Source: an uncultured Solirubrobacterales bacterium | GTDB lineage: Bacteria > Actinomycetota > Thermoleophilia > Solirubrobacterales > Solirubrobacteraceae | Direction of reading: 5' to 3' | Assembly: GCA_963828535.1 (NCBI GenBank) | Contig: CAWHEM010000010.1 | Location: 7,280 to 71,279, forward strand | DNA: 64,000 nt | Shown: in pieces, positions 48,048 through 58,165 of the stretch | Layout of the letters: the number at the start of each line of letters is the position of its first letter | How positions within the stretch are numbered: the first letter of the stretch is position 1 | Notes under the pieces: model-generated | The model's database searches: none | Seen by the model: the letters and a program-made list of their open reading frames with translations, nothing else | Told to the model about the DNA's origin: nothing | Made by a program: the position numbers and the translations under genes

Positions 48048-48902
48048 TTAACCGCCAGCTTTACGGTAGAGACCCAGCAGGATGGTCTGCATCAACTGCG
48101 CGGTTTCCCCGCCGGGGCAGCAGGTCGGGCCGCCGGGGTCGCTGATCCCCATCTCGATGTGGGGGCCGGAGGAGATGCCGACCTGGCCACAGCCGACCTC
48201 GGCGATCGGCTGGCCGGCGAGGACATGAGCGCCGACCGCAACCAGCGCCGGTGAGGCATGGCCGTAGTAGATGTAGCGGCCGGCGTACTGGCCGCTGTCC
48301 ACCTTGAGAATCGGCGCGGCAGGCCCGAAGCCGGAGATTCCCTCCTGGACGATCGTGCCGGAGGTGATCGCGACCTCGACCACCTTGGATCCGCACGCGC
48401 TGCCGCGGGTGGCGATGTCGACGCCCTGGTCGAGTGACCAGCTGCTGGGCGAGAGCACCCGGCTGATCGGCCGCAGTGGGAACACCCAGGTGCTGGAGCC
48501 CCCTTGCGAGGCGCCGAAAACGCCGGAGCTCTTGGTCAGCGTCTTGACCGCCGCCAACAGGACGGCGGCGGTCCGCGCCCCGACCGATCCGCTAGCCGGG
48601 ATCAGGGCGTGGGCACGCTGAAAGCGCCTGACGGCCTGCTGGGTCATGTTGCCGAAGTAGCCGGTCTCGGACACGACGAAGCCGACCTCACTCAGCCACG
48701 TCTGCAATGTCTTGACGTCCTGGCCGCTCTCGCCCTTGCGCAGTGTGCGCGAGAAACTCGAGTACACGACAGCGGAGGTGTCGAAGCCGCGGGGCTTCTG
48801 CGTCGGCGCGATGCCCGCCCCCCCTGAGGCCGCCGTCGCGGTTCCCACGGGGACGAGCAGGCAGAGTGAGAGCAGCACGAGTAGGCACCGTGAACGAGGC
48901 AT
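48048..48902 (-). CDS. Secreted peptidoglycan-binding plus M23/LytM-like domain protein
   Basis: Signal peptide, [21 protein letters not shown] (PG_binding_1), [24 protein letters not shown]. Confidence 0.85.
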   Translation of the reverse strand: MPRSRCLLVLLSLCLLVPVGTATAASGGAGIAPTQKPRGFDTSAVVYSSFSRTLRKGESGQDVKTLQTWLSEVGFVVSETGYFGNMTQQAVRRFQRAHALIPASGSVGARTAAVLLAAVKTLTKSSGVFGASQGGSSTWVFPLRPISRVLSPSSWSLDQGVDIATRGSACGSKVVEVAITSGTIVQEGISGFGPAAPILKVDSGQYAGRYIYYGHASPALVAVGAHVLAGQPIAEVGCGQVGISSGPHIEMGISDPGGPTCCPGGETAQLMQTILLGLYRKAGG

Positions 48903-49032
48903 CGCCCCACGAAGTTCGACCGTGCCCGTGCCGGCACCCATGCCGACGGCGTGGTTGCGCATCTTCTGGGGTTGAAAGCTGCTGAAAGCGAACACGCAGG
49001 AACCTTCCGCGGGTGCGGTGTTGCACAACGCG

Positions 49033-49165
49033 CCTGATGCCTACGGGGTTAGCTGACGGGCTAGCGCTCGGTGCTGACTCGCTTCTCACGGATCACCGCG
49101 AGACTCGCCCCAAACCTTCTTGGGTTCCCCGCTCCCCGGGACGGCAAGACCGGGGACTCGGCGGG
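49033..49165 (-). ncRNA. Cyclic di-AMP (ydaO/yuaA) riboswitch
   Basis: Minus strand CGCCGAGUCC..GGGGAACCC..UGGGGCGAGUC..CCCGUCAGCUAACCCCGUAGGC; TAGCTT -10 at 49170-49175; sits upstream of a cell-wall gene, the usual actinobacterial context. Confidence 0.9.
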
Positions 49166-49225
49166 CGGGAAGCTATCAGAAACTTCCGCGCCAGGAAGGA
49201 ATCTGCGGCCTGCCGTCGACGCCGC

Positions 49226-49633
49226 CTACCCTGAGTGCGCGGGATCCGCTACGCCGGCCTTCTGACGCTCGGCGATGATCTCCTTGATCCGGTCCAACGT
49301 GTCCTCGGACATCCGCCGGATCTCCCAGTGGGTCAACTTGATGACGCGCATCGGGGAGGTGGCGATCACGTCGGCGTTGCGTGGCTCGCGGGAGAGCAGG
49401 CCCATCTCGCCGATCAGGTCCCCCTCTTTCAGCGAGGCGATCTTCTTGCCACCCGTGATCACGTCGGCGGTGCCCTCCTCGATCGCGATCAGCTCGGTCG
49501 AGTAGTCGCCCTCCTTCATCAGGATCTGACCTTCGGCCACGCTCGTCTCGGTCGCGAACGCGGCTAGGCGCTTTGCCTCCTCAGGCCCAAGCTGCGAAAA
49601 CAGGGGAATGGCCTTCAGCCGGTTGGGATCCAT
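49226..49633 (-). CDS. Stand-alone cyclic nucleotide-binding domain protein
   Basis: LKAIPLFSQL..EG..IEEGTADV..GDLIGEMGLL..PRNADV. Confidence 0.88.
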   Translation of the reverse strand: MDPNRLKAIPLFSQLGPEEAKRLAAFATETSVAEGQILMKEGDYSTELIAIEEGTADVITGGKKIASLKEGDLIGEMGLLSREPRNADVIATSPMRVIKLTHWEIRRMSEDTLDRIKEIIAERQKAGVADPAHSG

Positions 49634-49816
49634 GGTCGCTCCTCGTCTTAGGTATCACAGGGGCGGCCGGCCGCACCGAGCGAGATCGCTGCTCGGGTGG
49701 CGCGCTCCGCGGCAACACGACTCTATCCGCCGAAAGGCGGTGTGGAAACCCCTCCGTGATCAATCCCACGCAGCACCGGCCGTCGACCCTCGGGGACCAG
49801 GCCAGCCCAGGCCACC

Positions 49817-51244
49817 CTAGAGCGCCTGGACCTCGGAGGTGATTTCGCTCACCGATGCCTTGGCGTCGCCGAACAGGAGCGAGGTCTTGGGGTCGTAGAA
49901 CAGCGGATTGTCGATCCCAGCGAAGCCCGAGGCCATCGAGCGCTTGAGCACGATCACCGCGGCAGCCTTGTCGACCTCGAGGATCGGCATCCCGTAGATC
50001 GGCGAGCCGGGCTCGTTCTTGGCCGCCGGGTTGGTGACGTCGTTGGCGCCGATGACCAACACCACGTCCGTACGAGAGAACTCAGGATTGATGTCGTCCA
50101 TCTCCCGGAGCAGGTCATACGGCACGTCGGCCTCGGCCAGGAGCACGTTCATATGCCCGGGCATCCGTCCGGCGACGGGATGGATCGCGTACTTGACCTC
50201 GACGCCCTTGGCCTCGAGCGCGCGCTCGAGCTCGCGCACCGCGTGCTGGGCCTGCGCCACCGCCATCCCGTAACCGGGTGCGACCACGACCAGCCGCGCG
50301 TAGGAGAGCTGGATGGCGACGTCCTGGGCGCTGGTCGAGCGCACGGTTCCGCCACCTTCGGGTCCGCCGGCCGCCGGGGCGGCGACCTCGCCGCCGAAGC
50401 CACCGGCGACGATCGCCGGCACCGAGCGGTTCATCGCCTTGGCCATCAGGTTGGTGAGGATCGAGCCGGAGGCGCCGACGATCATTCCGGCCACGATCAG
50501 CGCGGTGTTGTCCAGGGCGAGGCCGGTGGCCGCAGCGGACAGACCGGTGAAGGCATTGAGCAGCGAGATCACGACGGGCATGTCGGCGCCGCCGATCGGC
50601 AGCACGACCATGTTCCCGAGGATCCCCGCGGCCACGAGGATGCCGAGGATGAACAGCGCCTCGGAATGGTCGCCGGCGGCGAGCGCGATTGCCGAGCCGA
50701 CGGCAACCAGGAATAGGACCAGGTTGATGACCGTCTGTCCTGGCAGCTTGATCGGTCTGCCGGGAAGGATCTCCTGGAGCTTGGCGAAAGCGATGTTCGA
50801 GCCCCAGAACGAGATCGAACCGACGATCGCCGCGAACAGCGACGGGATCTCGACCCGCAGGGGAAAGTCACCGCCGAAGTGATGGCGGTACTCAACCCAG
50901 GCGATCAGCGCCACCGCGCCGCCGCCGACGCCGTTGAACAGCGCCACCATCTGCGGCATCTGGGTCATCTTCACGTTCCGCGCTGCGGGCACGCCGACGG
51001 CGGTGCCGATGACCACCCCAAGGATGATCAGCCACGGCGTGCTCGACCCGGACAGGGCGTGCTCGTGCAGCAGTGTGGCGATTACCGCGATCGCCATACC
51101 GACGGCGGCGATCTTGTTCCCGCGCACCGCGGTCCGGGGGCCGGTCAGGCCCATCAGGCCGTAGATGAACAGCGAGAACGCGATGATGTACAGGACATCG
51201 ATGAAGTTCTGGTACTGCAGGAAGATCGTCCCCAACGCGCTCAC
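49817..51244 (-). CDS. pntB: NAD(P) transhydrogenase beta subunit
   Basis: GGADMPVVISLLN, PGYGMAVAQAQH, HPVAGRMPGHMNVLLAEA. Confidence 0.97.
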   Translation of the reverse strand: MSALGTIFLQYQNFIDVLYIIAFSLFIYGLMGLTGPRTAVRGNKIAAVGMAIAVIATLLHEHALSGSSTPWLIILGVVIGTAVGVPAARNVKMTQMPQMVALFNGVGGGAVALIAWVEYRHHFGGDFPLRVEIPSLFAAIVGSISFWGSNIAFAKLQEILPGRPIKLPGQTVINLVLFLVAVGSAIALAAGDHSEALFILGILVAAGILGNMVVLPIGGADMPVVISLLNAFTGLSAAATGLALDNTALIVAGMIVGASGSILTNLMAKAMNRSVPAIVAGGFGGEVAAPAAGGPEGGGTVRSTSAQDVAIQLSYARLVVVAPGYGMAVAQAQHAVRELERALEAKGVEVKYAIHPVAGRMPGHMNVLLAEADVPYDLLREMDDINPEFSRTDVVLVIGANDVTNPAAKNEPGSPIYGMPILEVDKAAAVIVLKRSMASGFAGIDNPLFYDPKTSLLFGDAKASVSEITSEVQAL

Positions 51245-51564
51245 GGCTGTTTGACCTCCTCAGCCGCATCCTCGGTCTTCGGCGGGTCCTTGCGCTTGAA
51301 CATGCCCAGCATCCGGTCGGTGACCAGGAAGCCGCCGACGACGTTGATCGTGCCGAAGGCCACCGCAATGACCAGGAGGATCTTCTCCAGTACCCCGCTG
51401 GACTCGGAGACCAGCAGGAGACCTCCGAGTACGACGATCCCGTGAATCGCGTTGGTGCCGGACATCAGCGGCGTGTGCAGGGTGTTGGGCACCTTGGAGA
51501 TCACCGCGAAGCCGACGAATCCGGCGAGCACCAGCACCGCGATGTCGATTACCAGCCTGTCCAT
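51241..51564 (-). CDS. pntAB: NAD(P) transhydrogenase alpha subunit, membrane part (alpha-2)
   Basis: LHTPLMSGTNAIHG, INVVGGFLVTDRMLGMF. Confidence 0.95.
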   Translation of the reverse strand: MDRLVIDIAVLVLAGFVGFAVISKVPNTLHTPLMSGTNAIHGIVVLGGLLLVSESSGVLEKILLVIAVAFGTINVVGGFLVTDRMLGMFKRKDPPKTEDAAEEVKQP

Positions 51565-51579
51565 CGTCAGTCTCCCGGG

Positions 51580-52716
51580 CTAGGCGGCCGCCGAGGCCGC
51601 AGCCTTGGCGCCTTCGTGGACGATCTCTCCGCCGCGGGTGATGCACGCCCCGGCGATCACCTCGTCGTCGAAATCCAGACTCAGCGTCCCCTCTTCGGAG
51701 ATCATCAGCCCCAGCAGCGCGGAGACGTTGCGCGCGTACAGCTGCGAGGCGTGCTCGGCCATCGTCGACGGGACGTTCAGCGGCGCAAGGATCTTGACGT
51801 CGTGGCGGACGATCGACTGACCGGGCTCCGAGAGCTCGCAGTTGCCTCCGCTCTCAGCGGCGAGGTCGACGACCACCGAACCCGGTTTCATCTTCTTGAC
51901 CGCTTCCTCGGTGACCAGGATCGGCGCCCGGCGGCCCGGCACCGCGGCCGTCGTGATGACGACGTCGACCTTGCCGATCGCCTCGGCCATCAGCTCCTGC
52001 TGACGGGCCTGCTGCTCGGCGGTGAGCTCCTTGGCGTAGCCGCCCTCGCCCTCGAGGTCGCCGCCCAAATCGAATTCCAGGAAGTGGGCTCCCAGCGACT
52101 CGACCTGTTCCTTGACCGCCGCCCGGACGTCGAAGCCCTGGACGACGGCCCCGAGCCGGCGGGCAGTGGCGATCGCCTGCAGCCCGGCCACGCCGGCGCC
52201 GAGCACCAGCACGGTGGCGGGACGGATCGTGCCCGCGGCGGTCATCAGCATGGGAAAGAACCGGCCGAGCTCCTGGGCGCCGATCAGCGCCGCGCGGTAG
52301 CCGCCGATGTTGGCCTGTGAGGACAGTGCATCCATCGACTGCGCGCGGCTGATCCGCGGTATCGCTTCCATCGCAAAGCTGGTCACGCCAGAGCGTGCGA
52401 TGGCCTGGACGCCGTCGCCGTTGGTCAGCGGCGCAAGGAAGCCGATCAGCACGCCATCGGACTTCAGACGGCCTGTCTCCTCAGCGCTCGGGGGAGCGAC
52501 CTTGACCACCACATCGGCGCCGTAGACAGCGCCGGCGTCGTCAACCAGATTGGCCCCGGCCTCCTCGTACATGGCATCCGGGATGTGCGCCGCGGCTCCG
52601 GCGCCCCGCTGCACGACGACCTCGTGGCCCTGGCCCTCGAGTTTGCCCACAACCTCGGGGATCAGGGCAACGCGCCGCTCTCCCTCTGCCGTCTCCTTTG
52701 GGACTCCGATCTGCAT
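51580..52716 (-). CDS. pntAA: NAD(P) transhydrogenase alpha subunit, soluble part (alpha-1)
   Basis: IGVPKE, PRISRAQSMDALSS, GAGVAGLQAIATA, GGYAKE, GGNCE. Confidence 0.96.
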   Translation of the reverse strand: MQIGVPKETAEGERRVALIPEVVGKLEGQGHEVVVQRGAGAAAHIPDAMYEEAGANLVDDAGAVYGADVVVKVAPPSAEETGRLKSDGVLIGFLAPLTNGDGVQAIARSGVTSFAMEAIPRISRAQSMDALSSQANIGGYRAALIGAQELGRFFPMLMTAAGTIRPATVLVLGAGVAGLQAIATARRLGAVVQGFDVRAAVKEQVESLGAHFLEFDLGGDLEGEGGYAKELTAEQQARQQELMAEAIGKVDVVITTAAVPGRRAPILVTEEAVKKMKPGSVVVDLAAESGGNCELSEPGQSIVRHDVKILAPLNVPSTMAEHASQLYARNVSALLGLMISEEGTLSLDFDDEVIAGACITRGGEIVHEGAKAAASAAA

Positions 52717-52767
52717 ATGCGGCGCGAGAGGCTATCGGGTGAGTGCCGATGACGTCCGCTGCTGCAA

Positions 52768-54519
52768 TCAGGCCAGCCCCACGGGCGCGAATGCCAGCGC
52801 GCTCAGCAGTCCCACGTCGGCGGCCATGCGCGCGAGCGAGCGCGCGGCGGCCGACGTCGGACCGGCGCCTCCGGGGCGGCCACCACGGCCGTGCGCGTGA
52901 GCGGGGACGCCGGCGCGGGAGAAACCCGCCGAGCTGCCGCCGAGTACCGAGGCATTGGCCGCGGCGCCGCCGGCCGTGTGCGGTGAGGCAGGCGCTGCGC
53001 GCGGGACCGGGGCAACGGGGAGCGCGCGGCGTTGCAGGGCCATGAGCGCCTGAGCCGTCACCCACACCGGGGTGTGATCGGCCGAGCGCGAGTAGCGGAC
53101 ATGGCCGTCGGCGGCGATCAGGGAGCGCAGATAGCTCAGCGGTGAGATCGCGCCGCGACGGTGCAGCGAGTCCGGATCGACGCCGGCGGCCAGCAGACCC
53201 TGGATCGCGAACGCGGTCGACTGCGCGTTCGACTGCCCGCCCGGTTGGGCTGGGAAGCCGCCGTCCAGGCTCTGTTGACGACGGATGAACGTCACCGCCC
53301 CGCCCGTCGCCGACCCGTGCCGGCCGAGGGCCTCCAGGGCAGCGCCGGTGTCATCGACATCACTGCCTCCGCCGGCGGTAGCGAAGCTGAAGCCGCCGTC
53401 GCGGTTCTGCTGGCGGGCGAGCCACGAGAGCGTGCGCCCGGCGGGCACGACGCCGTCCGCGCGCAGCGCCAGGACGGCGAACGCGGTCAGGTTGACCTGC
53501 CCCGAGACCGAGCCGTCGCTCCGGACCGCGCTCTGGACGCGAGCGACGAGGTTGTGGCCGCCGAAGCTCTGCGCCGAGACCCCGGCGGCTCGGGCCACGA
53601 GGATCGTCCGCTCGATCGCCCCAATGTCGGCATACGAGTCAGCGCCACCGCGGATGTAGCTGAGCAGGCTGTGCCCGCCGGGATTCAGGTCGAGCGGATT
53701 GTGCCCGGCCGCGGCCAGCCCGAGTGCCGCCCACCCGGAGTACAGCTCCGAAGAAGACGTGCCGGGGGATGGTCCAAAGCCGCCGTCGCGATGCTGGGCG
53801 GCGAGCAGATACCCGGACGGAGTGCCGGCGGCGCGTGCGGGCGTCGCGGCGCCGAGGCCGGCGGTGACGATGAGACAGACCAGTGCGAGCGTCGGCATCA
53901 CCGCGCCGTCCCAGGTGCGCCACGTCACCTGCAGCCGCTCGGCGAAGCGGGCGATTGAGCGCGTCAGCGCCGGCCCGAAGGCCAGCGCGAAGACGAGGCA
54001 TCCACCGGCGTGGATGAAGTCGAACCCCGTGCCCCGGCCGACGTACACCCCGAGCGCGGCGGCGCTGTGGTCGCTGAAGGTGACCCAGTCCCCCAGATCC
54101 TGGAAGGCCGCGAACGCGTACCCGACCACGCCGCAGATCAGCGCCAGCGGCCAGCGGCCGATCTGGCGGCCGGTGGCGCGAGCGAGGAGGGCGCCGATCA
54201 CTCCCACGGCACCCCAGGCCGCCATCTGCCACGGCGTCCACGGGCCCTGGCCGAAGAAGAAGTTCGACGTCAACCCGGCCAGGGCGCCGACCACGAACCC
54301 CGGTGCTCCCCCGAGGGCGTAGCCGGCGATCAAGACGATGTCCGTCGTGGGCTTGACGTTCGGGAGCGCCGCGAAGGCGATCCGCCCGAGTGCCGCCAGC
54401 GCCGCCAGCGTGCCGACGAGGGCGACGATCCGCGCGTCCGGACGCGTCCGCTCGTACCACGCGAATCCGGCCGCGAGGGCAAGGCCCAGGATCGCGAAGG
54501 CTCCGATCTGCCAGCTCAT
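52768..54519 (-). CDS. ECF S-component (CbrT-like) fused to an extracellular prenyltransferase/squalene-cyclase-repeat alpha-barrel
   Basis: PNVKPTT..GGAPGF..SNFFFGQGPWTPWQM (S-component), then repeats QHRDGGFG, QNRDGGFS, QSLDGGFP, SNAQSTAFAIQGL. Confidence 0.85.
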   Translation of the reverse strand: MSWQIGAFAILGLALAAGFAWYERTRPDARIVALVGTLAALAALGRIAFAALPNVKPTTDIVLIAGYALGGAPGFVVGALAGLTSNFFFGQGPWTPWQMAAWGAVGVIGALLARATGRQIGRWPLALICGVVGYAFAAFQDLGDWVTFSDHSAAALGVYVGRGTGFDFIHAGGCLVFALAFGPALTRSIARFAERLQVTWRTWDGAVMPTLALVCLIVTAGLGAATPARAAGTPSGYLLAAQHRDGGFGPSPGTSSSELYSGWAALGLAAAGHNPLDLNPGGHSLLSYIRGGADSYADIGAIERTILVARAAGVSAQSFGGHNLVARVQSAVRSDGSVSGQVNLTAFAVLALRADGVVPAGRTLSWLARQQNRDGGFSFATAGGGSDVDDTGAALEALGRHGSATGGAVTFIRRQQSLDGGFPAQPGGQSNAQSTAFAIQGLLAAGVDPDSLHRRGAISPLSYLRSLIAADGHVRYSRSADHTPVWVTAQALMALQRRALPVAPVPRAAPASPHTAGGAAANASVLGGSSAGFSRAGVPAHAHGRGGRPGGAGPTSAAARSLARMAADVGLLSALAFAPVGLA

Positions 54520-56110
54520 ACCCTCACCTCGGCCCGCTGGATCAGCTTGACGCCATCATCCGAGCGCATCGCATGGCCCGCGCCACCGAGGATCCGAGCC
54601 GTTTCGGTGGCGAAGTAGGTACCGCCGCTCAGGACCTCGGCGGCGGGGCCGTCGGCGATCGGCGCCCCGTCGGCCAGTAGCACCACCCGCTCGGCGAGCG
54701 CGGCGACGAATTCGGGGTCGTGAGTGGCCACCAGCACGGCGATCTGCAGACTGCGCAGGAGTACCGCGAGCGCATCCTTGTCCTCACGATCCATACCCCG
54801 CGTGGGCTCGTCCAGGCAGGCCACCATCGCCCGCTCTCCCCCTCTCCGTCTTCGTCGAGGACGATCGCCAGCGCCAGACGCTGTTTCTCGCCACCGGACA
54901 GATCGCGCGGATGCCGATCCGACCAGCCCGGTCCCCCGAGCCCAACGGCGGACAGCGCCGGCGCCGAGGCTTCGTCGCCGACGCGCTCGTGGATCAGGTA
55001 GTCCGTGGGGTTCTGCAGCAGCAGGGCGACCCGGCCGGCGGTTCGGACCCGCCCCCGAGTGGGCTTCATCAACCCCGCGGCGTGCCGCAGGAGCGTCGAC
55101 TTCCCGGCGCCGTTTCGTCCCATCAGGGCCACCCGCTCGCCCGGTTCGATCCGGAAGCTGACGTCGCGAAGGATGGCGGGACCGTTCGGCAGCTCGTGCC
55201 AAACGCGCTCCAGGGACAGGGCGGGGCGTGATCCGCCGCGTGAGCCTGGGGACGGGCGCGCCTCGCCCCCGAACTCGCGGGCCTCGGGCAGCAGGCCCCG
55301 CCGGCGCAGCGCCGCCCGGGCGGCCTTGACCCCCGGGACCGGCGAGAGCCCCAACCGCTGCAGCAGGCGCCCGCCCGGGGTGGCCAGCGCCGGGGCCGCT
55401 TCGACGGCCCACTGCAGGAACTCGGTCGGGGTGCCGTCGAACGCGATCCGGCCCCCGATCATGGCGATCGTTCGGTCGGCCACGCCCAGGCATCGCTCGA
55501 GCCGGTGCTCGGACAGGAGCACGGTGGTATCCAGGTCCTCGTTGAGACGGCGCAGCAGCCCGATCAGCTCGTCGCCCGCGACCGGGTCCAGCTGCGAGGT
55601 GGGCTCATCGAGCACGACCAGCTGGGGGCGCCCGGCGAGCGCTGCGCCGAGGGCGACGCGTTGAAGCTCGCCACCGGACAGCTCCGAGGTCGGGCGCTCC
55701 AGTAGGTGGGCGATCCCAAGGGCCAACGCTGCCTCCTCCACGCCGCGCGCCACCGCCCCCGCCGGCTCCCCGCGGTTCTCCAGCGGAAAGGCCAGCTCGG
55801 CCCGCACCGTCCCCATCACGATCTGTGTCTCGGGATCCTGGAACAACGTGCCCACCGCGCGGGCCAGGTCTCCGGGGCCATGGTCGTGCGTGTCCATCCC
55901 GGCCACCGTCACACGTCCGGCGAACTCGCCACCGTGGAAGTGCGGGACCAATCCGCTGGCCGTCCCCAGCAGGGTCGACTTGCCCGATCCCGAGGCACCG
56001 GCGACCACGACCAGCTCCCCCGGCTCGAGCGTCAGCGACACGTCCGTGAGCGCCGGGTCCGCGGCCCCGGGGTAGCGGTAGGAGACCCGGTCAAGCTCGA
56101 GCACGCTCAC
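54516..56110 (-). CDS. Duplicated ECF ATPase (two ABC domains, C-terminal frameshift)
   Basis: GASGSGKS/LSGGELQR/LDEPT and GRNGAGKS/LSGGEKQR/LDEPT. Confidence 0.93.
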
Positions 56111-56970
56111 CGACCGATCCCCCGGCGGTCGGCAAACGGGATCAGGGCGAGCACGGGCACCGCGATCGCCACCGCCAGCACCCCGGCGTCGACCGGGGCG
56201 TGGAGCGTCGGGTAGGCCTGCAGCGGGACCAGGCCGCCGACCCGGGCAGCGATGGCGAGCGCGAGCAGCGCGACGGCGCTGGCGCCGAAGGACAGGTCGT
56301 GACGGCTGTAGGGCCGACGCATCCTTGGGGGGCGCCGCGCCGCGCCGTAACCGCGGACCTCGAGCGCAGCGGCCACATCCAGCGCGCGGTCCAACACGCC
56401 GGAGCTGGCGGCCCGCATCAGGGCGAGGCGCGAGGGGGGTGCCCCCGGCCGGCAGCGCTGGGCCTCGGCCAGCCGATGGGAGTCGCGGAGCAGCACCGGG
56501 ACCATCCGGGTCGCGAGCGTCGCCGTCAGCGCCGAGCGGAACGAGACACGGCGGAAGAGCCGCAGCACCTCATCCGGATCGATCGCGGCGGTGTAGAGCG
56601 CGCCGCAGAGGATCATGGCCACCGCCCGCAGCCCGAGAATTCCCCCGTACGCGACGGCTTCCAGCGTCACGTCGGTGTGGCCCAGCACGGGCACCTCACC
56701 GAGGCGCAGGATCACCGTCAGCCCATCTCGGGTGACGAGCGCGTTGACGACCACGATCAGCAACGCCAGCAGCAGCGCGAGCAACAGCGCTCGGCGCAGC
56801 TCCATCCACACCTGCGCCCTGATGCCCGCTCCGAGCAGCGCGATGATCACGCCCACCAACGCGAGCGGATGCGAGAACAACAGCGCCGCCCCCGCGAGGG
56901 CCAGGCAGTACAGGCAGCCGGCGCCGGCCCGCGCGGCATGAAGCGGTGTGCGCCGGCGGCGGTAGCTCAC
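56107..56970 (-). CDS. ECF transporter T component (EcfT/CbiQ-like)
   Basis: Multi-TM protein with the two Arg motifs (AQRCR, LEVRG). Confidence 0.88.
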   Translation of the reverse strand: MSYRRRRTPLHAARAGAGCLYCLALAGAALLFSHPLALVGVIIALLGAGIRAQVWMELRRALLLALLLALLIVVVNALVTRDGLTVILRLGEVPVLGHTDVTLEAVAYGGILGLRAVAMILCGALYTAAIDPDEVLRLFRRVSFRSALTATLATRMVPVLLRDSHRLAEAQRCRPGAPPSRLALMRAASSGVLDRALDVAAALEVRGYGAARRPPRMRRPYSRHDLSFGASAVALLALAIAARVGGLVPLQAYPTLHAPVDAGVLAVAIAVPVLALIPFADRRGIGR

Positions 56971-57929
56971 GCGGCTCCCTGCACCGGGAGCGGTATGTCA
57001 CGGGCACCCTGGAGCGCCAGAGCAAAGTGATCGTGCAGGCGCCCCGGGGTGAGCGCGTTCGCGGCCGCGGCTACCCCAGCGGAGTCGGTGCCGGTGACCA
57101 GCCACACGGGCTCGGAGACATTGTCCCGGGTGGCGGCGATCAGACCCGCACCCGGTCCGAGCGTGCGGGCAACGTGGCCTGCAGGGTCGAGCAGCTTCAG
57201 CGAGCTTCCCTCGGATCCGGCAAAGCGTGCGTAGACACCGCTGCGGCCGGGACCCCGGGCGATCAGGGCGGCGGCGACGAGCCCGTGCACCTGTGACCAC
57301 GTTCCGACCACCACCCCGAGTGAGTCGGTCCCCGAACCGGTCCCGAGCAGCTGGCTGGCCACCGGAACACCGACCGCCTTGAGGGCGGCGCCCACACGCG
57401 CGCAGGCACTCGAGGCGCCCCGCGCGCACTCGATCACTGTCGGCAGGCGCTTGCCGCCGGTCCCATGCACAAACGGCTCAGGGAACGAACCGACCACCGC
57501 CGGGACCGAGTCGGTCACCGACCAGTCGTGAAGGTCCCACCAGATCCGGTCGCCGCGATGCACGCTGGTGCTGGCTGCACCCTGGGCGGCTTCGATCCCG
57601 TTGACGTAATAGAACCAGTCGTGGTGCGAGGAGTCGCCGCCGTGGCCTGCGATCGACTGGACGAAGCCGCCGCCGTAGCGGGTCTGCACGTGGAACGAGC
57701 GCTCGAGCATCCGCATCACGGTCTCCGCACCGGGTACGCGGGGCTCGGTGATGGAGCCCAGAGTGTCGGTCCCGAATCCGCTGGTGACGGTCAGACTGAC
57801 CTGACTCGTGCCGGCGCCGGGGCCAAGCCCGCAGCCTGCAACTACGGCCGCGCTGGCCATGAATGCCGCGAACGCAGTCCACCGCTTCTCAGCCATGGAG
57901 CCGATGAGGTGTCGACGCAAGAGGGCCAC
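56967..57929 (-). CDS. Lipoprotein with DUF4430 (transcobalamin C-terminal-like) domain
   Basis: Lipobox VAGC; ETVMRML..GGFVQSIAG..WFYYVNG..GDRIWWD. Confidence 0.8.
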   Translation of the reverse strand: MALLRRHLIGSMAEKRWTAFAAFMASAAVVAGCGLGPGAGTSQVSLTVTSGFGTDTLGSITEPRVPGAETVMRMLERSFHVQTRYGGGFVQSIAGHGGDSSHHDWFYYVNGIEAAQGAASTSVHRGDRIWWDLHDWSVTDSVPAVVGSFPEPFVHGTGGKRLPTVIECARGASSACARVGAALKAVGVPVASQLLGTGSGTDSLGVVVGTWSQVHGLVAAALIARGPGRSGVYARFAGSEGSSLKLLDPAGHVARTLGPGAGLIAATRDNVSEPVWLVTGTDSAGVAAAANALTPGRLHDHFALALQGARDIPLPVQGAA

Positions 57930-57961
57930 CCCTTTCCGCGAGGGCGAATCGGCTTTGTGGT

Positions 57962-58115
57962 CGGAGGCTGGTCTCCTGGCTCCCGGGCCTACCGTCCGCG
58001 CCTTCCCGGCGAGCTCTGCTGCCAGTGGCGTCCGTGCGGACGGCTTCCCCGGTCACAGTGGCGGGTCCGCGCCGGAATCGCACCGGCTTCCCTTTTCCAC
58101 CGACCTTGAACCGGT
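57962..58115 (-). ncRNA. Cobalamin riboswitch
   Basis: Minus strand GGU..AAAAGGGAAGCCGGUGCGAUUCCGGCGCGGACCCGCCACUGUG..GCCACUG..GGGAAGGC..GAGCCAGGAGACCAGCC (B12 box). Confidence 0.95.
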
Positions 58116-58165
58116 CCATCGTACCGCGATCCCCTCGGGAGAGGACGTAGACTGAGTGGCCCACA

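Noticed and set aside
49705-49765. Resemblance to a c-di-GMP-I (GEMM) riboswitch (stem-GAAA-stem..AAACCCTCCG)
   Set aside because: It lacks the GGCAAA and GACGCAAAG conserved segments and has no downstream gene on that strand.
52768-53850. Squalene-hopene cyclase or prenyltransferase enzyme call
   Set aside because: It is a single barrel fused to an S-component, predicted extracellular and under B12 riboswitch control, so a binding role fits better than terpene cyclization.
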